DNA from: Tubiluchus corallicola
Lineage: Eukaryota > Animalia > Priapulida
Length of the DNA: 64,000 nucleotides
Direction: 5' to 3'
Assembly (NCBI GenBank): GCA_030141605.1
Contig: JAQGDQ010000270.1
Coordinates: forward strand, 1-64,000
Below, in pieces: positions 1 through 64,000 of the stretch. The position numbers and the translations under genes are program-made. Under the pieces are notes generated by a model that was given only the letters and a program-made list of their open reading frames with translations, ran no database searches and was not told where the DNA came from. Position 1 is the first letter of the stretch. Each line of letters starts with the position of its first letter.

Positions 1-1087
1 TATAACGATACAGTCATACAACAATATTTATGGATTCAGATAACCTGTGACGTGTTGTAGTGTTGTCTGAGTGTCTGCCTTCTTAGGTGACCAAACAGTG
101 AGCAAAATCAGCCTGCCAACTCAAGTCGCTGCTGCTACCTTGAGCCCGTGAATTTTGTTTTTTTTTATATGCATTAGGATGATGAACTTTCAATGACCAA
201 TGGTCTCCATTATGACTCGGGACTGCTATTTTCTCTTACTGTACACTTTGGTACTACAATGATACTTCTCACATGGAAGCAAATCAAAACATCGCAGTCG
301 CAGATTCATCAAGGCTGCACACCCTTTGTGCACCGCACACAACTATACTACACTACATTGAATATCCATTAAAATATTCAGTAAACTGTTAAATTATTAA
401 TTAACACATACGAAGGAGGAGTCTTATCAGGATTCTCATCTCTATACATTCAGATGGAATACCTTGAAACCCATTGTAATTTTCCTAGTGTGACTTCTAT
501 GGTCATAATGTCAGTCAACAAAATAAGCTTGCCGATTCACTACTATTTTGTGCCACTTCTGAATTCTGCATTCATGTAAATTTTCTAGAAATTTTCCATT
601 GACTTTTTGGTGATTTCTAACCGCTACCATGACCCCGAATCACTGCATTTTTTGGATATTTTCTTACAGTGTTTTAGTTATTCTTCTCACAGTAGATTCG
701 TTGTGAACTTTGGCGCGAGTGACCTTGACCACTTCGGCCCAAGCTCTCAAATTTTCACACAGCAAACTACTGCACCTACTTCCTACAAGATACCTACTTA
801 TACAAGAATTGGACTCTATTGAACTGCTGTTTGGTCAATAATTTGCTCCGATTTGGTCCACTCGGTACACCAAAAACATTAAAATGACATTGATGTAAAG
901 CATTGAGCTCTTTGATCTCTTGAGCGTCTGTCCACCAAAATATGCTTTCTCACATGGTCTGTAGCCATATTAATTTTCATTTCAATAGAATTAATACTGC
1001 TGTAATTATTCTCATTTTCATTACCAACAATTAAAAGAACCAGAAACCTGTTAAAAGTCATCCTAAAATAAAATATTTGTGACTTAC

Positions 1088-1334
1088 TTGTTTAAATTGT
1101 TCATCCCTAAAAAGATTTCTGTATTAGATTGTCCATTAACAGCCAACCCAAGCTCATCGCTTTCTTCACCGTACGACCATAAGAACCGAAAATTGCTTGT
1201 TATTACTGTGTCAGGTTTTATCCATCCCATAAATGTAAATGAAGTGACAGCCGCTGGAAATCCTGCATCCTTTAAGAAGTAGTGAGTCACTTCATATGAC
1301 GGAAAAGTTACCTCAAACGTTTCGTAACATATTC
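1088..1334 (-). CDS. Exon encoding the N-terminal part of a pentraxin/LamG-like (ConA-fold) domain; gene probably continues left of the window
   Basis: FPS...YFL...VTSFTFMGWIKP...FLWSYG...DELGL resembles the pentraxin FTxxxW...lfSY...El pattern; cttctttttgatag| and AA|gtaagt. Confidence 0.7.
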
Positions 1335-1482
1335 CTATCAAAAAGAAGTGAGACAAATCAGATAAAATAATTTTGTCAGTGACACAATGTGTTCGAATGT
1401 AGTTCTTTCATTGAGTTGATGTTTGAGTAACAAAAATCTTCTACAGCTTAGCAGGTATTGAAAACTGCTTCATGAAACTCAC

Positions 1483-1519
1483 CATTAGCTACCCCAATTT
1501 GTGTAATGGCCGTGCTCAC
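1483..1519 (-). CDS. Short linker exon of the PAN/pentraxin-like gene (VSTAITQIGVAN)
   Basis: tttttctaatatttcag| ... G|gtgagt; converts phase 0 to phase 1 exactly as needed. Confidence 0.55.
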
Positions 1520-3344
1520 CTGAAATATTAGAAAAACATAAGCTGCAATAAACGACGTAGTCAAATGAGGTAACTACACTTTGACACAAGGTAACAAATC
1601 TACGTGACTGTCCTTCATTGTGATTATCCTCCATCAGTTTTACTGTGATTCTGCCACTAGTGTTGACAATATCTCTATGACAAGTTATTGCCTACAGGAG
1701 TTATAATCTTATTACAGGCATGCCAAATATCAATTAACTTACATAGGACAGGATAGGAGTAAACTATTAAAGGGTAGTAACTTGTTAATATATTATTGGG
1801 CCTCTTTAAGAGGCATAGAAGAGCACAACAATTGCTCTTGTTCACCTGTGATCAAATATGGTGGTGGGTTAAGCTTTGCTGCACAAATAATCTTCTCCAC
1901 CAACTACGCACTGATTTATTTAACACTTTTATTCAAACAATGTTCATATCCAATACATAACAGACAATAATTATACTAATTAACACAAAAACATATACTC
2001 AGTAATTTTTATGCATTTATTTATTTTCTTGTGTAATGTTTTTATGTTAATTCTTGAGTTCTATGGACTGTGTTAAACACTTACTGGATTATCTGTTCAC
2101 ACCCATTCTGAGTTTGAATTGGCTAAGATGGTGACAGCTATACAGCAGCCACCAAGAAATCCATATTCAAAGAGTTTTGCAGACAGAGTTGCAAGATATT
2201 GTGCAATAATCCAATCAGACGTCCGAGGCAAATTAATTTTAACCCTGCTTATTGCGTACTCAGTGTTTACGCTAGACAGAAAGTGCATTAACTGCACACC
2301 CTGCCAGATTGAAAAGCCACCACAGGTAGTAAATTTTTCCTGCAGTGGCGCCTCATTGTTAAATTAGTGGGGTGCTGCTTTAGAAAATTTTTAGCCATTG
2401 TTTTAGTATAAAATGAAACAAACACATGTAATTTTGTTTAAAGGCCTTTTAACTGCAACTGTCTTAGAGAGAGACAACTGTGAAAACTTGAGCTACTCAA
2501 GTTCATTTACAGTCACAGAACTTATTTGTTTCAAAATCTAATTCTACACTTTATCACATTCAAGAATATCGGTACACTGTTTTCAAGCACGTGACAGCTG
2601 ACAACACACACTGTGTGAGCCACCGTGCTTTACCTAGAGTGTAGCGTCTATCTCAGACATGTGCGCATGGCCGCATGCGCACAGCAGCCAAACACACGTT
2701 GCTGGAGTTGTGACTGCACTGCGCTGGACCTGTGAAGCGCACAGTTCCGTCACGTGCTCTGGTTCCATGCAAGTATAATGAAAGAATTAAAGAATAAAAG
2801 ACTCCCCGACAGTTCTCATATATGAGCTTCATTCATCGTACCATCCCATTGTGAAGCACTAAATGTTTTCGTGGTCCATACGATTCAGTTCAAATTTCCA
2901 GCTTATTTTCATTACTTTTTTTCTTTCACAGTGCGTGACAATGTAACAAGCCCTGCTTTTTTACTGCCCACAACATATTTACATTTGTATATAATCAAAC
3001 ATAGTGTGAGACTTTTCTTGTGCAGAAACAATAAAAACTTTTTTGTATTATGTTCATTGTAGGCCCTTTCACTATATATTGTACACCAAACCATTGTAAA
3101 TGTGCCATGTGAATTAAGTGACGTATGACTTATGTGTGTTTAATAACAGAGTCAAAACAAGTTTTCATATACCTACATGTTGTGTAAACATGAGTACAAG
3201 CTGGCAAAATTTGTAAAAGTGTGAATGAGATTAAGGATATCCAGGACGCATCCCAAACGATGACCATGTCTTTCCCATTGTGTGAATAGTGCTAATGTTA
3301 TGAAGGCTAATTTATGGTGCTAAACTTATCCACAATGCGCACTC

Positions 3345-3795
3345 TTAGTTCTAACTCTTTAATAGATCGTCAAGTTACCTTTCACCTGGATAGCTAGCCC
3401 TTTTCTGTCTTAGTTCTGCCTCCTTAATAAATTGTCAAGTTACCTTTCACCTGGGTAGATAGCCACTTTCTGCATTAGTTCTACATCTTTAATAGATCGT
3501 CAAGTTACCTTTCAGATGGGTAGCTAGCCACTTTCTGCATTAGTTCTACATCTTTAATAGATCGTCAAGTTACCTTTCAGATGGGTAGCTAGCCACTTTC
3601 TGCATTAGTTCTACATCTTTAATAGATCGTCAAGTTACCTTTCAGATGGGTAGCTAGCCACTTTCTGCATTAGTTCTACATCTTTAATAGATCGCCAAGT
3701 TACCTTTCACTTTGGTAGCTAGCCACTTTCTGCATTAGTTCTACATCTTTAATAGATCGCCAAGTTACCTTTCACTTTGGTAGCTGGCACGTTCT
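3345..3795. repeat. 65-bp minisatellite, ~7 copies
   Basis: ttagttctacatctttaatagatcgtcaagttacctttcagatgggtagctagccactttctgca; units at 3475, 3540, 3605. Confidence 0.95.
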
Positions 3796-4524
3796 ATTTG
3801 TGTCAACAAGCAAGACTGTGCTACAATTGTCACTAAGCAACAGTCAGTTTATGATGGCTACCATTTGTAATGTCCATTGTGGTCTTGCAATTGTTGGCAA
3901 TTGTGCTCACTTGCTTTGTGAAGCGATCAATACACAAAGGTCAATCATAACTACTTATTTAGTACCCGTCGTTTAATGTAAACATGCTGCTATGAGTAAT
4001 GAATAATGGTGATTCATGCTGTGGAGGTAGATGGTTCAGTGAAATATTTTTCTGCAGTCTGGCAGCCAGACTCTGGCACACTACAAACGTTCACTCACTG
4101 ACAGAGCCTATTGCTAATGTTAAATGGTTGTTGCAGCATCGAACTCTAGCTGTCATTATCAAGAATAATGTGCACTATGATGCACAGAATGCCGAGGCAC
4201 TGAGCTGAGTGTCTGAACTCCACTCTGCTGTGAATACTTCTGCCCCAAACAAGAGAAATAACCTAAGGTGATCAATGGTAGATGAAACCGTCCAAGAGCT
4301 CATTCCAGTGGTCATTCATCTATTTGCCTAATCAAATTTGACACCGCTTAAGTTTCAAACCATATCATGACCACTCAACTTTTAATTTAATTATAATCAT
4401 TCTTTGACAAGCAATTTCTCTGAAATTTATGTCCTAGATCAAGATGGTGTTTGTTTCAATAGCTTGAATTTATAATGTATTCGTTACTTAAATGAAATTA
4501 TATTGCTAACACAGGACACTATAC

Positions 4525-4848
4525 CTGTTCTTCTGCATAAAATGAAATTCCAGCTGTTGTCAGAACATCAGCATCAGTACAACTTTTGGGTGTAGCTGTC
4601 AACAAATGACATTCATGGTTTCCTTCATCTATTTTAATATCTTGAATACCGTTGCATAAGTTATCTTGGGCACAAGCTATTGCACAGTGTAGTTTACTGC
4701 GCAAAGAACTTTGTATGCGTATAGTTCCTATTTCAGCTAGAGCATCTGCCCCGTGTTGGACGTAATTTTCGACTTCTTTTGAACAATACACATTTGCCGA
4801 TAAAACAGTGGAGAATGCCACCAGCATAGCAAAAATAGATGCAGGCAT
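4525..4848 (-). CDS. First coding exon of a secreted protein: signal peptide + PAN/apple-like domain
   Basis: MPASIFAMLVAFSTVLSA hydrophobic leader; RSKLHCAIACAQDNLCNGI...CHL Cys spacing typical of PAN/apple; ends CAG|gtatag. Confidence 0.7.
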
Positions 4849-5654
4849 AACTATGAAAATTCTTAAAAATTTCTCCAAAAAGACGTTCACAGGCTAAGCA
4901 AAAGCTTGTACACTTAGTATAAGGCAAAAGATTACGCACAACTCTTCTAGTTTGTTATCACTGCCACACATGTTTAACCACACATGTATGCTAGTGGTTA
5001 ATAACATTGAAATAAACCCTACTGTGTGTATCATTGTAACTATTAGAGAGGCTTAAATATTTATGATCGCTCTATACTACAGTTGTCTTATGCTATAGAT
5101 TTTCTTTTAGCTTTTGTCATGTCTGTTGTCATACCTGATAGACCTAATACAATGTCTGTAGGGTACCTGTCGTGTGCACACTACTATTAAGCTTGACATA
5201 AGCTGGTTCAGAAATTTAAATGCATTGCCAAATTAATGATATACGCATTTTGATTTTCATTAGCTTTTACATTACTTCACAATGAAAAAAGCTGATACCT
5301 ACGATAACTGTTTTTTCATTATTTGAAACTCTTTTGACAAGCCTGTTAAACATCTAGTATCAAAAAGATAGGCCACTAAGACTCACTATGACATTGACAT
5401 GGCACGAATATGTAGTGTAGTCAAAATTTATTTGTACTAGAAAAAATAAAACTGAAAAGATTAGCTTTGGTAACAAATGGTACAAGTTTCTTAAATGGAC
5501 GACCGCTTACATAGTACATAGTTACTGGCAATTTTTAGGGAAGTATAGCTGGCTCATTTTGACACCGTTTCAAAGCATTATGAGTAGTATAAATTCTCTA
5601 ACTGTGCGTCATTTTTGTGCCAATTTCCTGTTGGAAGTCAATACAGAGATGATT

Positions 5655-6900
5655 AAATTAGATTTAGATTTAATATTTTATTTCAAACTTTACAAAGTTC
5701 ATATACACATCACAAATTAATACAAATAATACAATAAATCATGACACACAACAATAACACAAATAACAATTAACGATATAACAAACTACGCCAATGACGT
5801 CTAATTACAGAAGTAAAGTTTGCATCACTGTTTAAAATGTTCTTGCATATAAAATTTTCACTGTTATTCAGCCTGACGTATAAACTGTATGTACATTTTC
5901 TGTGAATCACATCAAAATAAATAATATTAAGTCTAGTAGAAATATATCTAGCGCTCGTATCATATGAAAAGTTAAACAGCTTCCGTGTTGATACATTATA
6001 TGCAACCTTGAGTTTGCTAAGATTGTAAGAATAAAAATGTCTCCAAGTGGACATACAATAAAAAGTAGTGCAGTAAGCATTAAACAATTGTCTCTTCACG
6101 TCAACTGTAAGTAAATTTCATGAGTAATTTATTTGCTCTACCATAGTAAATTGAACATTTTCGTAATATATCTAAATCATCTCTATTGTCATCTGATAAA
6201 ATATGACCCAGATATTTTTCTTTTTTACTAGGTACAAAACTTTTATCCTGCAAAACAACAGACCCAAAAGTAAACTGCTGCATGTGAGCAGAGCGAAATG
6301 TGACAAGTTTAGTCTTATTCACATTTACAAGGATATCATATTCTTTAGCAAATTTATTAAAAATATCTAGCAGTCTCTGCAAAGCCGCCGAGGTTGTTGC
6401 TAAAAGACATATGTCATCAGCGTGCATCAAGTGATTAATGCAGGCTTCAGCAATATGACAACCCACACCAGAGTTGGCAAGTGCAACACTAAGATTTTTA
6501 TAATAGAAGTTGAATAACAGTGGAGACATTTTTCCACCTTGACGAATTCCGTTACCTACTGCAAAACTGTCAGAGTTAAATTTACCCCATCTAACCAACA
6601 TACGTTGTTCTGTATAATAAAAAAAAAGCAAAAGTCTAATTATTACATTTGGTAGGGTAGTATTGATAAGGTTTAGGAACAGTTTGAGATAGTTTACTCT
6701 ATCGAACGCTTTTGATGCGTCAATAAACAGAATATGTACGTGCTTTGTCGACTAATGTAATAGTCAAGCGCCTATTTTAAAGTATGGATGCACATCTCTG
6801 TGCCTAAGTTTTCAACAAAATAAAACTGGTTTGGCGTGGTTTACAAACAAGAACTGTAACGATTTAGAAGCAGTATTTCTATAACTTTAGATGACTCTTA
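5655..6900 (-). mobile_element. Degenerate non-LTR retrotransposon (CR1/L2-group LINE), RT and 3' end
   Basis: IDASKAFDRVN (~6690-6730), GIRQGGKMSPLLFN, HADD, KYLG motifs with frameshifts/stops; AATAAA and (ATCTAA)n tail near 5655-5685. Confidence 0.9.
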
Positions 6901-8099
6901 TATTACTGACAGTGCACAATATTTGCTACAGTTTTTACAGACTAGTGTAAGCCATCGATACAAATATCAGATAGTGCTTCTAGTTTATTACACCTTTGCA
7001 ATCAATCAATGGCGAGGTCACTACAAATCAATGATTTCGAAGTTTTATTAGTATCAGTGATTTTGGAAGATTTCCCATGCTACTTTGCTCTGCTGATTGG
7101 GACTGGAAAATCAGGCTATGGATGACGATGAATTTGTTTTGTTTGGTAAGTTATTAAAGTCAAATCGGTTAACACGGCAAAATTCTTATTTTGCCAATAA
7201 ATTTCAACTTTTTTGCTACGAAGTACCAAAACGCTTCGGATCTTTAATTTTGTCCTGAGCTTGTATGACTGAGATGCGGCATGAGTATGAAAATTCTTAG
7301 TTTCTCCAAGAAAGATAGCTACAGGTTAACCATCAGCTTATATACTTAACGTAAGGGAAAAACATAACTGTTTAGTTTGTTACCACTGCCACGTATGTTT
7401 AAAGTCTTGCAGATACTTTTGGATACTCTTGTAGATCAACTGTAATTAACATTAACAAAACATAAATAATTAATTAACTAATGTAATGAATTACAAAAAT
7501 TTTTTCTTGAACTGAAGACATCTTATCTAATTATCACACTAACTTCAACTTAATTGGGTAATCACTTTTGGAGTTATTTCGGCTCATTTGGAGTTAAAAA
7601 ATTGGAAAAATGTGACAAACAGAGTGAATGGCTGACTGAGTGACCAGATTTTTTGTAAGACCTGAGCTAACACTCTGGCAGGAAAAATAATATTAGTTTG
7701 GAGAAGGGGTGGCACTAAAAGCACTGAATCAACCACATTTGTAGTTAAGGTTAATAGAAAGACTTCTAACGACAATTAAAGCAGTTGGTGAATGTATGCA
7801 GTCCTTTAAAAAAATTTAAGTGCATGCTATATAAAGTGGTTGAAAAAATATTGTGTAAAGCAAAATTAGAAAACAGTAAACAACACTTTGCAAATTTGAT
7901 AGACAATTTAAGGACAAAACAAATGAAAGAGTGTAAAACTAAATAAGCAAAAATCGGTCACAATCTAGTGAAGATAGAAATGAAATGGAGAAAAATAATC
8001 CAACAAAAACAACTATAATGAATAGGCTTGTGATGAGCCCATTTATTACTATATGCATGTCACCAAAACGCACCCTTATCATGATAATCTGAGTCAATG

Positions 8100-8449
8100 A
8101 TATTTAGTAAATTAGCACGTGCACTCATATCTATTTTGCCAGACCTCGCTTTTACGGATATCGGAAGAATCGGACTAAATCTGGACCGTTAAAAAGTCAC
8201 GCATACTACGGACACAGTTTCGCGAGTTGAGCGCTTTGGTGGGTTGTCACTTTGTGTACATCCGAGCAGCGTGTAACAACATGTGTGTAGCTTGTATGTC
8301 AGCATATTTAAGTGTTTAATCAGCAAATTTAAGAGTCAGTTATGCAGAGTTATTTGAGGCAGTTGCTGACAGTTTTTATATACTTTTGCGTAGGAGTGGC
8401 CTGTATTAGACATTTTTGAGACAAATTGTGCAATTGTTTCTACATTACT
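8100..8449 (+). promoter_or_regulatory. Candidate ACC promoter / non-coding first exon
   Basis: CACGTG E-box at 8116, local CpG-rich patch 8145-8275, donor ct|gtgagt at 8450; inferred only. Confidence 0.3.
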
Positions 8450-10246
8450 GTGAGTCTAATACACGGCGCCTATTGTATTAGCTAAGTATCAGTAAAGACA
8501 GACAGCCGGCAAATTTGGACTGATGTTCTCCTCTGCTTTTGTCCCGCAAACCGAGATATGAGTGCAATTTAGGCTGCAGCTATGGGGTGTACTGTAGATA
8601 CCTCTCAATCAGTGCAGTGAGCAGTAGTTGTTTTGACACAGGCACTAATAGCAGCCAAAGCAGTTGAAAATGCAAGGCGTTTAATCTGTAGTATTAATTA
8701 CGCTATTTACGTATAAACTTGTGAAATGGCAAACCTGAATCAGAAAATGCACAAGCAACTTTTAAACTGAAAATATTGATATATTTACTTTTCTGGTGCT
8801 TATGATGCAATCATTAAGCCTACACATTACACAAGTAATAAATAAAAATCAAAGAAGTTAATCAAGCTGTTTTAGCATTTGGGAATTGATTGATAAAATA
8901 TCTTTAGCATTTGTTATTAGGGTGTTCATCTAGTTTTTATAAAGCCTGCAAACATTAACTCAAGTGTATCATGATATATATATTGTATCGTGAAGATAGT
9001 ATTGTGATATATATCGTATCGTGACCTAGGTGTATCGCTAAAGCCCTAATAATTACTAGTATAATTACATACATATATATTATTGTGATACATGTTGTAT
9101 CGTGACCTAGGTGTATTGCTAAAGCCCTAATGATTACTAGTGTAATTACATAGTTTACAACTTGAAATTAGTTAATTAAAAAACTGCCAAATCACTTCTA
9201 CCACAAAGAAGAAGTTGAACAACAACCATGAATGATGTTAAAAACCTGTTAACCTGTTAATTATTAAAATTTACCTTGCATTAGTCAGCCATGTTGAATT
9301 GTTCAGAAGTCGTGGAATTTTCTATATCCAAGTATTTAAAAACTGTGTAGTTAGAAAAAATGCTGTGTATTCTATATTTGGTCCAGAAAAATATGTCATC
9401 TGCTTAATAAGAAGTGTAAATTTTACGTTAACCAGGATTCTACACTAAGTAGTCACGTTTTTGAGACGTCTGTTTGTTCTCTTATCTGATAAGCTTCAGC
9501 ACAGAGCACGCTACGTCTACAAGCACTTATGCAGTGGGCACACTAAAACTTTTAACAAAAGTTGTGCAAGGTTTATGAATACAGTATTATAGATTTAGTT
9601 TTTAATCTTTTGATTCAAGCTGAATTATAAGCTGGACTGTTCGTGTAAATGTAAGTACTGTATAATGAATGTAGCTTTGGCAAAATAGAAATTATATTGA
9701 ATAAGATGTTTTGCTAATTTATAAAGCACATTGTTTGAATAATTCATTAGTTTTAGTGCTTGGTTAATTTATGCATGTATAGTAACATAGATGTAAATTG
9801 CAATATTCGTTGGGAAATGTTAATCTTTGTTGTGTAAACTTATTTATAATGTATTTTATAATGCAAGTACAATTACAATGTACTTTGTAAGTAGCTATAT
9901 TTTAGTTTATTATTTAGGTTAAATCATATTTTATGTGCTTAGATAGTTAATCGTGTTTTTATACAATTTGATAATTTTTTCTTATTTTTAAAAACTATAA
10001 AGCAGAAATTTGCTATACGCATTCGTTATAACTGCCAGTAATTTGTGAATGTCTATAATTTACTTTGCCTTTTGAACTTGTGCAAGTTGATTTTGGTTCT
10101 GTTGTTTTTAGCTGCTTTACTTATTGTTTGGCTGATGCATTTGGCAACATAAAAATATCTTGTTAGTAATGAATAGTAGCAGAATGCAAACAAACATGTT
10201 CAACTAATTATTAGTTGCAAACATCAGTTTTATTGAGACTTTGTCA

Positions 10247-10812
10247 TTTGGCATTCTGGCAATTCTGACATGCCGTCAATTTAGCAGTCTGGCAATTCTG
10301 ACATGCCGTCAATTTGGCAGTCTGGCAATTATGACATGCCGTCAATTTGGCAGTCTGGCAATTCCGACATGCCGTCAATTTGGCAGTCTGGCAATTCCGA
10401 CATGCCATCAATTTGGCAGTCTGGCAATTCCGACATGCCGTCAATTTGGCAGTCTGGCAATTCTGACATGCCGTCAATTTGGCAGTCTGGCAATTCCGAC
10501 ATGCCGTGAACTTGGCATTCTGGCAATTCTGACATGCCGTCAATTTAGCAGTCTGGCAATTCCAACATGCCGTCAATTTAGCAGTCTGGCAATTCCAACA
10601 TGCCGTCAATTTAGCAGTCTGGCAATTCCAACATGCCGTCAATTTGGCAGTCTGGCGATTCCGACATGCCGTCAATTTGGTAGCCTGGCAATTCCGACAT
10701 GCCGTCAATTAGCAGTCTGGCAATTCTGGCATACCGTCAATTTGGCAGTCTGGCAATTCCGACATGCCGTCAATTTGGCAGTCTGGCAATTCCAACATGC
10801 CATCAATTTGGT
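10247..10812. repeat. 33-bp minisatellite, ~17 copies
   Basis: tttggcagtctggcaattccgacatgccgtcaa. Confidence 0.95.
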
Positions 10813-11687
10813 TTTATTTGCTACTTGATCCGTAATGAATATCCAGTTGTTTTTTTTTGCAAGTGCTTTATTACAAAAAGCTAAAGTGTATGATGTTTTT
10901 TATAGGGAAAGGAAAGGGAATTGTAAAGCACTTTCTATGTACAAAGTTATGTTACTTAGCTTTATACTTACTGTTTGAAGAACTTATGTAATTGGAAAAG
11001 AAAATTTTTGATAATTTAATATATTTAAAACATCACTGTTTCACCATCCCAGTGTGCACCACTGATTCACCAAAAAACATATCTTTAATCTTATTGACAA
11101 TATAGAAAATACTTTAACAATATTGGCAATTTTATATTGATAATGTAGCTTAAATTTATGCTTAGGTAGGGAGCAGTGTTATACGAATGCTGTGATAATT
11201 TTTTAAACTTGACGCAATGTTATCTGAACTTGTTCCAAGTGACTTACCCTTAAAATGGCTGCGCTTAATGGTTGCCGCAAGAGTTTAAATTTACAAATTT
11301 TACACAGCATTGCTGCTAACGCAATAAGACAGGATAAAAGTGACACAAAATTTCAAGACAAATTATTAAGCTTTATTTATGAAGAGTGTTTTCTTGTCGT
11401 TTTAAGCTTATTACTTTATTTCTTGAAACCTGTGTAAAGAGATGCTGTTTATGCTCAAGTAAAGATGGGATTACTTTTCAGAATCTGTATTGTAGCCGCA
11501 ATCACTACTATACAACATGGCCGTTGAATGTATAAATTTATGAAACCCTACCTTTCTTGTGCATTGTGTTCAGACCGGCCAAGCACTGCTCTAGCTGTCA
11601 CAACCACGAAACGGTCTCTAATGTTACTGCTAATTTTGAGCTTAGAGTTAATAAGAGCTCGAATTTGATTCATCTGGTTTTTCTAGC

Positions 11688-63884
<52,197 letters not shown>

Positions 63885-64000
63885 GTACTTAATTTCGCAC
63901 GTACCTGTTTTAGTGCATTAAATGCTGTTCTTTTGTTAACAAGGAATGCATTTTTTTCAAAAAACTGTGCTTGCAAACCAAAACCGTCCATAAGTCATCA

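Noticed and set aside
3345-3795. 65-bp array containing AAG|GTAACT on the minus strand as a fourth donor-seeded array
   Set aside because: The only candidate founding exon (25 nt) breaks phase with the downstream exon, so it cannot be tied to a real splice site.
8342-8419. Short hydrophobic ORF MQSYLRQLLTVFIYFCVGVACIRHF as an ACC2-like membrane anchor
   Set aside because: Terminates at TGA before the 8450 donor; at most a uORF.
10241-10884. Cys-rich repetitive ORFs on both strands (195 aa, 154 aa)
   Set aside because: Artefact of a 33-bp (multiple of 3) minisatellite; open on both strands, no splice context.

Overview
AT-rich animal (invertebrate-like) genomic DNA with spliceosomal GT-AG introns, so the ORF track is mostly misleading. 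Most of the window is the 5' two-thirds of a multi-exon acetyl-CoA carboxylase (ACC) gene on the + strand. I traced 32 phase-consistent coding exons by hand (11688-63884, 4467 nt, about 1489 aa). They cover the biotin carboxylase, BT, BCCP (EVMKM) and most of the central domain; the carboxyltransferase domain lies beyond the window. An intronless class A GPCR is nested antisense in the last complete ACC intron. A divergently oriented gene on the - strand (signal peptide + PAN/apple-like + pentraxin/LamG-like exons) runs off the left edge. Introns carry LINE remnants, TTAA-flanked and hAT-like MITEs, tRNA- and 5S-derived SINE relics, foldback palindromes and minisatellites. Most interesting: (i) three independent tandem arrays seeded exactly on ACC exon ends, each repeating the 5' splice site; (ii) frame-preserving candidate cassette exons next to the two phospho-regulatory regions of ACC; (iii) hammerhead-ribozyme-like cores inside intronic palindromes; (iv) a 114-bp satellite amplified inside a dispersed transposon. 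All calls are by eye; no searches were run.
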